Positions 56,957 to 64,000 of a DNA stretch of 64,000 nucleotides are shown here, in pieces. A program made the position numbers and the translations under genes. Location: positions 1-64,000 of IMG/VR virus record IMGVR_UViG_3300044213_000170; one strand, 5' to 3'. Each line of letters opens with the position of its first letter. The first letter of the stretch is position 1. The stretch is from a virus. The notes under the pieces were generated by a model. It was given only the letters and a program-made list of their open reading frames with translations, had not been told where the DNA came from and did not search any database.

Positions 56957-58008
56957 TCGATGTAAAAAATCTTTTCTGCGTTAAGCAACCAACTGGTTTT
57001 TCTAGAACCGACCATTAATGAACTTTCACTGACCATACAACGAATGGGTGTATTTGCATTTTCTGATCTTAAGTATTTAATTTCGTCGGTACTGGTCTTG
57101 GGTATTCCAGTAGCATATACATATACCGGCAAGCGGTTAGTGGATCTTGCATATTCCACTATATCGAGTAATGAAGTACTGTCTTTGGGGAAATGATATA
57201 GTCTTTTGACTGTACACATAATTTGTGCAGTGTTTAGCTCAGTGGTACTGCCCGATAAAAACTTTTGCAATATTTCATCTGCGACCTCATATCCAAGAAT
57301 CTCGGAATTATCTATCAAGGATAATAAATTATCGTACCCGAATCCGCCCAGTTTATCATTGATATATTCTTTCAATGAATCGCTGGCATTTTCTATATCA
57401 TATCCTGTACCGGTATCAACTAACTTAATAGCAAATCCACGACTTTCGACATCAAGTATTTTTTGATATAGTTCTTGAATCTCTTGATCCACTTCAATTT
57501 GTCGATTTTCTGCAATTGTGCATAGCCAATTGATTGCATTTTCAGTTAATCCTAAGATCCATACTTTCTGATCGTGATCAAATTTAACCGATCCTTGACC
57601 ATCACGACCCTGAGCTTTAATTACATTAATTAATTCGGAATCATATGGAAATCTCAATACTATCCTTTGATTTTCTATATATGCTCGTTTGCTTCTATCA
57701 ATTTGTCTAATAGGGAATCTAAAGTTATCTAGCTCGGTTTCGTCAGGCACAAGTACAGGCACTTTCAATTGACTCAATTGTTTACGATATTTACTAACAA
57801 TCTTAACTGCCAATAGTGCTTGTTTGTCAGTGTACCCGCGAGACAATTCCGAAGTTTGAATTGCTAAACTGTCAACAATTTTTACATCGTATCTGGCTAA
57901 ACTAACAGGGCAAGGTCGATAACCAAACATTCCCAGTTTTTTATTATTTTCATCTCGATATCCAGCAATGAATTCAAGATAATCTTCGACGTAATAAAAT
58001 GTGCTCAT
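56953..58008 (-). CDS. Conserved hypothetical protein upstream of uvsW
   Basis: 351-aa ORF; contains a HARP-like FPYD..I..F..K.W segment. Confidence 0.55.
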   Translation of the reverse strand: MSTFYYVEDYLEFIAGYRDENNKKLGMFGYRPCPVSLARYDVKIVDSLAIQTSELSRGYTDKQALLAVKIVSKYRKQLSQLKVPVLVPDETELDNFRFPIRQIDRSKRAYIENQRIVLRFPYDSELINVIKAQGRDGQGSVKFDHDQKVWILGLTENAINWLCTIAENRQIEVDQEIQELYQKILDVESRGFAIKLVDTGTGYDIENASDSLKEYINDKLGGFGYDNLLSLIDNSEILGYEVADEILQKFLSGSTTELNTAQIMCTVKRLYHFPKDSTSLLDIVEYARSTNRLPVYVYATGIPKTSTDEIKYLRSENANTPIRCMVSESSLMVGSRKTSWLLNAEKIFYIE

Positions 58009-58042
58009 GAATCTATTATATAGTAAACAGATCGCAAAGTCA

Positions 58043-58068
58043 AAAAAAATCCTGCATAATGCAGGATT
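58043..58068 (-). terminator. Intrinsic terminator
   Basis: AATCCTGCA-TTA-TGCAGGATT followed by a U-run. Confidence 0.8.
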
Positions 58069-58143
58069 AAAAATACCAATCGATACACGAGTTAGTTAAG
58101 AGCTGTATCGGTTGGGATTTGCAGCAAGCCGCAAATTTTTATT

Positions 58144-58575
58144 CTAGAGGGTCGGTGATATTCCAATGGATGACAACTCTGCCAAAATTTGAAATTGATC
58201 CCACGCTAATTTGGCAGCAGGATTCTTTTCAATATCCGAATCAATCAATACTGTTTCTAACCAGTAATAGGGCAAACGCTGAGGATTCGCTCCAAATTTA
58301 CGGGGCTGGTGTAGTTTGCCCATCTCAAATAGTTCTATACTGACACTGCGAAAACGGCCTTCGTCCTCGTCAGCATAGTTGCCCCACTCGGGCATACTCC
58401 AGATGCTGCCCGCACCTCCGTTGCCGCCGCCATACCCTTGCCAAATACCTTTCCATTGATCGTCATCGTGGGGATCAAAATCTGTGCGGGCAATGATCAC
58501 AAGTACATCTCGAATGCCGACCTTGCCTTCTACAATATCTCGCACACAGCGGCTATAACTTAATCCGATCCGCAT
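58144..58575 (-). CDS. Hypothetical protein
   Basis: 143-aa ORF. Confidence 0.6.
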   Translation of the reverse strand: MRIGLSYSRCVRDIVEGKVGIRDVLVIIARTDFDPHDDDQWKGIWQGYGGGNGGAGSIWSMPEWGNYADEDEGRFRSVSIELFEMGKLHQPRKFGANPQRLPYYWLETVLIDSDIEKNPAAKLAWDQFQILAELSSIGISPTL

Positions 58576-58581
58576 TTTAGT

Positions 58582-58773
58582 TTAATTCTCTGTAGGTAGC
58601 AGGTTCCACTCTTTGACGATTGCCAGCATTTCTTCTTCGGTGTTGCAAAGAATCTTACAAGTCTTCCAATCGTCGTCATAATCTCGACCACCCACTTCGA
58701 CCATCCAACCGTTGTCATAACGGTTGATGCTGATGCTTTCATTTACTTTTGATAATTTGTTTAAAAATGCCAT
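58582..58773 (-). CDS. Hypothetical protein
   Basis: 63-aa ORF with GAGG RBS. Confidence 0.6.
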   Translation of the reverse strand: MAFLNKLSKVNESISINRYDNGWMVEVGGRDYDDDWKTCKILCNTEEEMLAIVKEWNLLPTEN

Positions 58774-58898
58774 TTTATGCTTCCTCTTTCTTTGTTAATA
58801 CTGTAAATCCAGCGTCTACAGCTTCATCGGCTTCGTATTCTGTATCTACAGAATACAAAAATAAATTGCCGTCCCATACCTCGTACATAATAATACCT

Positions 58899-59294
58899 TT
58901 AGATTAATTTGTCAATTTCTTTTTCGGATTTATTTGCCAGAATAGCAAACATCTTTTTCTTTTCTTCACGCTCTTTAGCCAACCGTTGACGTTCAACTTC
59001 TTTGGCTTCGAATTTCTTACGCTTCTTGTCGTCACTCATACGCAAGAGCATATCGTATTGTTGGGCACGTGCCCAACCGGTTAAGAATATCTCTACCTGA
59101 CTAAATGTACCTATAAAAAGTTCAGCATCACGAGTGTAAACTGGCAAAGCGTCGATGTCAGGGAACACTGCGACCTCGTCCTGATCAGAGGAAGTAGAGC
59201 CCCACCCACTCTTGGGACTAGCAAGGCGAAACCCCAAGGATTTAGCTTGTTCTTCGATTCGACTCCAACGTTTATAAGTTGTATATCCGCTCAT
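58899..59294 (-). CDS. Hypothetical protein
   Basis: 131-aa ORF. Confidence 0.6.
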   Translation of the reverse strand: MSGYTTYKRWSRIEEQAKSLGFRLASPKSGWGSTSSDQDEVAVFPDIDALPVYTRDAELFIGTFSQVEIFLTGWARAQQYDMLLRMSDDKKRKKFEAKEVERQRLAKEREEKKKMFAILANKSEKEIDKLI

Positions 59295-59605
59295 TTTTTC
59301 TTCAATCCCAACAATATTTTTTCTTCATCAGTAAGTCTGGCTAGAAGTTGTGCTTTGGCTTCTTCTTTCCGTTGTTTGGCTTCTGCAGCTTCACGAGTAC
59401 GACGATCAGCTTCTTGGTGAGCGATCCACCATTCTCGAAGTTCGTCATCTTCTAACAGAAGAAAATCTTCTTGTTCATTCTCTTGTAAAGCCAAAAGGGC
59501 CTTACAAGCAATACGAGTTACTTTATCAAGTTCCCGTTTCAGACGCCGAACTTCGCCATCGCTACTACGAGTAGCCCAATCCGTATCGTAACTTTGACAA
59601 GGCAT
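59291..59605 (-). CDS. Hypothetical protein
   Basis: 104 aa; MPC..WW..H..AD pattern common in phages. Confidence 0.6.
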   Translation of the reverse strand: MPCQSYDTDWATRSSDGEVRRLKRELDKVTRIACKALLALQENEQEDFLLLEDDELREWWIAHQEADRRTREAAEAKQRKEEAKAQLLARLTDEEKILLGLKKK

Positions 59606-59715
59606 ATAACCCCTTTAGCCTATTGCTATACAAAAGATAATCAAGGCAATAATTGGGTGACCGCAAAACAATGCAAACAATGCGATCACTGATCCAAAGA
59701 ATATCCGATCATCAT

Positions 59716-59931
59716 TCATATAACTTTTCCTAGACCGGAATAGATCAATTGATCTAACTCTTTTGTAAAATCTTGGCCTGTCCTACGTTTGTGCCACACT
59801 TGCGTTAATAAGCTATGAAAAGGTTCCGGCGCAGCAGAATCCCGGAGTCCTCGACTGTCTAGTTCGTCTAGTAGATCGTCATCATCAAACATATCTAAAT
59901 CAACATTAACATCAATATTTATATAAGCCAT
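59716..59931 (-). CDS. Hypothetical protein
   Basis: 71-aa ORF. Confidence 0.55.
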   Translation of the reverse strand: MAYINIDVNVDLDMFDDDDLLDELDSRGLRDSAAPEPFHSLLTQVWHKRRTGQDFTKELDQLIYSGLGKVI

Positions 59932-60014
59932 TTTTGCTATCCTTTTATATTATCGAAACCGGACTTACATCATACGTGGTATGAATGCCGGTTACGCACA
60001 CGGCAGGGGTAATT

Positions 60015-61046
60015 TTACACGGGCTTAGTGCAAGTAGTCAATGCCATCGACTTCCAACGCAAAGGGAAACTCTTATACAAATCTGCAATTTTCAAAGCCA
60101 TACGCAAACTCATTTCGCGCAACTTGTTCTTATTCTCATCCATAAACGACAGGATCTCATCCTGACCAACTTGGCCAAATTCATAGTCTCGAAACAATTC
60201 ACCATCGTTGGCAATTTGCTTAATACGCAAGAATTTGTCACGCATGGTGTCAAGTGTCAAGTCCAAATAGTGACAACGGCTTTGCAAGGCATCCAAGTGA
60301 TCACGAAGTTTTTGGCTTCGCATAGTATCAAACTTCAAGTTCGTGATAAAGATCACACTTCCATTAAAGTTGAAACTGTCAGGGACACCTTCACGGCGCA
60401 ACATATTGCTATCACTCAACCAAGAAATCTTACGCTTCTTACCCGAGTCCAACGCACCTTTCAGCAAGTTCAAAGCAACATCATCCAACAAAATACTATC
60501 ACAGTCATCGAACACCAACACACAATTGGGATCGGAATATTTGTACAAAGTGCAATACAAACCCAATGCGGTAGCAGAACCTTTGACTACTTCTGCACGA
60601 AGGCGCTTGCCTGCAATTTGATCAAAAAGACAAGCCTTTTCGATTTCGGTTTCTACACCGTGAGATTTACCAACGCCGGGAGGTCCTGAAACAATCATTG
60701 CACGAATGTCGCCGTTGGTGGATGCTTTGGTCATCTCAGTGAGAATATCAAAACGTTCACGGATGCGTTCAATCGCTTGTTCATCTGTTTCTGTCGGGGT
60801 CAGGACTTCCGTCGATTCTTCGACAACATTATTCAAATTTTCTACTCCATTTACAAACTCATAAGCATCGGTTCCCGACACTTTAATACGAATGACATCA
60901 GGAAACCCAGGAAAAGCGTCACCGTTTTTGACTGTTACAAACCCACCAGTGGCAGTACGCTTATACTGATCTACCAACTCAAACACTTTACCTTTGATTT
61001 TTTGATTACGGTAAGTGCCTTTGGTGATGCGGATAGTTGCTGACAT
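60015..61046 (-). CDS. AAA+ ATPase (early)
   Basis: GPPGVGKS, VLVFDD, FITN and SR arginine finger; TTGACT-N17-TATAAT promoter. Confidence 0.85.
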   Translation of the reverse strand: MSATIRITKGTYRNQKIKGKVFELVDQYKRTATGGFVTVKNGDAFPGFPDVIRIKVSGTDAYEFVNGVENLNNVVEESTEVLTPTETDEQAIERIRERFDILTEMTKASTNGDIRAMIVSGPPGVGKSHGVETEIEKACLFDQIAGKRLRAEVVKGSATALGLYCTLYKYSDPNCVLVFDDCDSILLDDVALNLLKGALDSGKKRKISWLSDSNMLRREGVPDSFNFNGSVIFITNLKFDTMRSQKLRDHLDALQSRCHYLDLTLDTMRDKFLRIKQIANDGELFRDYEFGQVGQDEILSFMDENKNKLREMSLRMALKIADLYKSFPLRWKSMALTTCTKPV

Positions 61047-61100
61047 TTACTAACTCCTGTTGCGTTATTGTAAGTTTATATTATACAATGATTTGGTTTT

Positions 61101-61388
61101 TTAGTCAACCAAATCGACTTGAACTGGAACTAATACTTCGGTTTTACCGTCGGCAGTATAGCGGTAATTAAATCCGAACCCCACCGGAGCGACCGTGCGT
61201 TTCACTTGGGCAACGCTGCGTTCGTGTGCAAGATTTTGCAGAGCCATTGTCACTGCTACTTGATGTGAATGAGTACAGATGTTAGTGGTGCCGTAAACCG
61301 TAGTGTAAAAGCCAACACCGTCAACAATTACACGAATTTTTTGACTATTTTTCAAGCCTGAAATGTAAGTCGGTTTACGCATCTTCAA
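61101..61388 (-). CDS. Early hypothetical protein
   Basis: TTGACT-N17-TATAAT promoter and AGGAG RBS. Confidence 0.6.
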   Translation of the reverse strand: MKMRKPTYISGLKNSQKIRVIVDGVGFYTTVYGTTNICTHSHQVAVTMALQNLAHERSVAQVKRTVAPVGFGFNYRYTADGKTEVLVPVQVDLVD

Positions 61389-61486
61389 CTCCTGTTTTGT
61401 TACTGTATGTCATTATTATAGCAAAACACCCAATTTCAGTCAATACCCGCCAATTTGACAGGGTATTAATTTGTAATACTTAAGTA

Positions 61487-61708
61487 TTACTTTTTAGACA
61501 CTTCGTTCAAACGCTCAAGCGCCTCTGCTTTGTGCAACTCAAAATCGTATTCCAATTTGAGCAGATACACTATAAAAATGCCGCCGAGACCAGCCAAAAT
61601 TTCATTAGTGCTAAACACATTAAATGCGACCACCAACCCTGCGTAACATGCGATAACGTAGGCGATCAATTTGGTAACGCGCAAAAGCGCCGTTTGTTTT
61701 GGGGTCAT
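61487..61708 (-). CDS. Early small membrane protein
   Basis: Two TM helices; TTGCAT-N17-TATAAT promoter. Confidence 0.6.
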   Translation of the reverse strand: MTPKQTALLRVTKLIAYVIACYAGLVVAFNVFSTNEILAGLGGIFIVYLLKLEYDFELHKAEALERLNEVSKK

Positions 61709-61795
61709 AAACTTCCTTTCTTTGTATACTACATTATAACAAATATGCGAATTAAATGCAATACCCTTATAAAAACAAGGGTTAATACCTAAGTG

Positions 61796-61978
61796 TTACT
61801 CTTCAGATTTATCGTTTGCATCTAGATGCTGTTTGACTACCCGCATCAGCTTACGGCTGGTGTCGTATACATATTCCTTAGCATCGTCTTCGGTGTTGAC
61901 TACAAGGATAAAACCGTTTGCGGCTTTGCGAACTTCGAGTGATTCGAACATATTGGCTCCAAAAGTTAATTGATTCAT
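61796..61978 (-). CDS. Small hypothetical protein
   Basis: Likely start MFESL after GGAG. Confidence 0.55.
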   Translation of the reverse strand: MNQLTFGANMFESLEVRKAANGFILVVNTEDDAKEYVYDTSRKLMRVVKQHLDANDKSEE

Positions 61979-62004
61979 AATAATAGCATATTATTGAATA
62001 ATAG

Positions 62005-62373
62005 TCAAGCGATTCGGCGAAACACGGTATGTAATACTAAACTGGCACTGTCAAAATTTGATTCCATATGGGGCAAATTTGCAAAACCATATGCAATGGC
62101 GCCCATGTCTCTATAATAAGTATCACTGGGCCACCGTCTTTTCTTTAACGGATAACTGTTTATAAGTAAACACTCATCGCCTATATGTTGATAATTTCCG
62201 CCGGTTAAGAGCTGGATTGCGATGGCTTCTTCATCAATTTTTAGTTCAACAAAGTTTTTAGCAAGTAAATAGACAACATACTGTTCAACCGTATCGTCTA
62301 AGTATGTATTTGCTATACTTTCACTTTCCATTATAAGATCATACGAAGCTGTTAGGAAATTTTGCCAACTCAT
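62005..62373 (-). CDS. Hypothetical protein
   Basis: IGDECL..YY..MG..AY pattern seen in small bacterial proteins. Confidence 0.55.
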   Translation of the reverse strand: MSWQNFLTASYDLIMESESIANTYLDDTVEQYVVYLLAKNFVELKIDEEAIAIQLLTGGNYQHIGDECLLINSYPLKKRRWPSDTYYRDMGAIAYGFANLPHMESNFDSASLVLHTVFRRIA

Positions 62374-62391
62374 ACAATTATTTAGTAGCTG

Positions 62392-63123
62392 TCACAATAA
62401 ACCAATTTGGCCGGCAACTTGTTGCATCAACGCCAATCTTTGTTGGGCACCGCGACTACTGTGCCAATGAATAATATTGGCATCGCTAAACGCACATCGG
62501 TTCCATTGATCTGCGTAATGCTCGCCGCCGGGTAACATAAATGCTTGATAGGCCAGTGCAGGTCTAATCATAGCTGCTGGCGGAATTTGTTGATGCCACG
62601 CCATAGTGTTTAATATGATTTGTTCAGTATTCCAATCAGATAAATCCCAATCGTGTGCCATGGCCAGTCCAATGTCCCAAGTTTCTTTTTTCATCGACGC
62701 TGGAAAATACCTAACACCCGCATTTAAAAAAATATCAAATGATTTATTATAACGATTGGGTGCTTGAAAAACAGGAGGGTCTGTTATGTTAAACATGGAA
62801 AAATAATCAAACTTTCCAAATATCTCTGTGTGAGTTATCATTAACGTATCGGGATCAGTATATAAAATATTACAAGGTTCGCTGGACCATAAATCGTAAA
62901 TTTTAAAGAAAGTTTCTTTTAATGCTTGATGTATATTGTCGGTTTTGCCGCCGTAAAACACCAATTCCCAATCATCTTTAAGACATACTCGATGACTTAA
63001 AATGGATAAGTCGTGCATTTCTTGATACACAGGAAATATATTGTTTTCTCCGCTGCGATCAATATCAGGGCTCCATTTCGGGTCTACGACTTCGAATAAT
63101 GATTTAACTAAATAATTCTTCAT
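62392..63123 (-). CDS. Nucleotide-diphospho-sugar transferase (GT-A)
   Basis: YTDPD (DXD), LNAGV, EQ..LN and IIHW motifs. Confidence 0.7.
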   Translation of the reverse strand: MKNYLVKSLFEVVDPKWSPDIDRSGENNIFPVYQEMHDLSILSHRVCLKDDWELVFYGGKTDNIHQALKETFFKIYDLWSSEPCNILYTDPDTLMITHTEIFGKFDYFSMFNITDPPVFQAPNRYNKSFDIFLNAGVRYFPASMKKETWDIGLAMAHDWDLSDWNTEQIILNTMAWHQQIPPAAMIRPALAYQAFMLPGGEHYADQWNRCAFSDANIIHWHSSRGAQQRLALMQQVAGQIGLL

Positions 63124-63862
63124 ATATACGGGTCATTGATTTATGAATAGCGATACAAGCATCATCGTGCCTATGTAATGTGTAGCCCAAGTCTATTAGA
63201 TAGGTTTTAAGTTTCTCGGCATTATCATCCCACCAACGATTATAACTCCATAATTCGTAAACTATCGGTGGATAATCATTTCCGGCAATGGTATTAATAG
63301 CACCGTCTAATACGTGTTGCTCTAGCCCTTCGACATCTAGTTTAATTGCACGAATTCGGCCCTTGAGTCCTAATGAATCTAAGGTCTTGACTTCTACTTC
63401 AGCCATTTGTCCATACCCTTGTGCAATGTCAGACTGATCCTGAACATATGAATTTAAACTGAATGCACCTATATTGGTGGCGGTATCATAATCGGGCAAT
63501 CGAATCGATATTGTCTTGATTACATTACTCAGACCGTATGGATGTACTTGTATGTTAGTGATGTTATTTGATGTGATATTTTCGTTAATTATCGACACCA
63601 TGTGAGGTTGTACTTCAAAAGCGTGGAATTGATATTTTTTATATTTTACGGCCAAAGGTAAGGATACAGATGCCATATTAGCACCCACATCTAAAAAAAC
63701 CCCGTCGTTGAACTTTGACAACAGATAATCTAATATATCAACCACATACCATTCATATTCTCCGGTACGCAGTAATTGTTGACTGATAAGATCATCGGGA
63801 TGATGGATATTCATTAAACCGTGACGAGTTTTAACCAGTAAAGGCAGATTATTTGTATTCAT
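63104..63862 (-). CDS. FkbM-family methyltransferase
   Basis: FLDVGAN, AFE, TLDSL and IKLDVEG.E..VL.GA motifs. Confidence 0.9.
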   Translation of the reverse strand: MNTNNLPLLVKTRHGLMNIHHPDDLISQQLLRTGEYEWYVVDILDYLLSKFNDGVFLDVGANMASVSLPLAVKYKKYQFHAFEVQPHMVSIINENITSNNITNIQVHPYGLSNVIKTISIRLPDYDTATNIGAFSLNSYVQDQSDIAQGYGQMAEVEVKTLDSLGLKGRIRAIKLDVEGLEQHVLDGAINTIAGNDYPPIVYELWSYNRWWDDNAEKLKTYLIDLGYTLHRHDDACIAIHKSMTRIYEELFS

Positions 63863-64000
63863 AATTTACACTTGTTTCGTTGATGCGATAAATGGTAGCA
63901 CCATTTTTCAAATGGAATCTACGAGCCAATTCTGTCGGTGGACTTAATGTTACAAATTGTTTTACTCCGGGCATTTCAGATTTAATTTGTAATAAAACTT
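63849..64000 (-). CDS. 3' end of a gene truncated by the window edge
   Basis: ..VKQFVTLSPPTELARRFHLKNGA..NYEYK*. Confidence 0.55.
   Translation of the reverse strand, partial: VLLQIKSEMPGVKQFVTLSPPTELARRFHLKNGATIYRINETSVNYEYK

Noticed and set aside
1-64000. Alternative genetic code
   Set aside because: Long conserved genes are intact under code 11; only one isolated internal TAG was noticed.
1-64000. tRNA or rRNA genes
   Set aside because: No cloverleaf with a T-loop GTTCRA in an intergenic region and no rRNA-like segment was recognised by eye; tRNAscan-SE would be decisive.

Overview
This AT-rich, densely coding 64-kb window is almost entirely minus-strand and looks like part of a large T4-like lytic myophage genome. 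It encodes a gp41-type helicase, a gp61-type primase, UvsW, class Ia nrdAB with glutaredoxin, a PAAR spike and a collagen-like fibre. It carries TATAAATA-type late promoters and sigma70 early promoters. A proteobacterial host is likely (inference). I found no rRNA, tRNA or CRISPR. Most notable observations: (1) a ~8.5-kb curli-secretion and signalling module (CsgF, CsgG, curlin, FecR-domain protein, PA14-curlin, CHASE2 adenylate cyclase, a TM/coiled-coil pair and a free-standing non-catalytic copy of the cyclase C-terminal tail). (2) nrdA is split inside its active site with no intein or intron, and the new ends carry a basic tail and an acidic head. (3) uvsW is fractured by a split intein around a free-standing endonuclease, and a duplicated copy of the insertion-site sequence sits directly before the endonuclease start. 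(4) Non-coding signals include precise leaderless-mRNA promoters, a ROSE-like thermometer on hsp20, a four-GGCA leader RNA, a conserved palindrome at early-gene cassette borders and a 20-bp junction repeat that shuffles small genes. All calls come from motif reading by eye; no searches were run.
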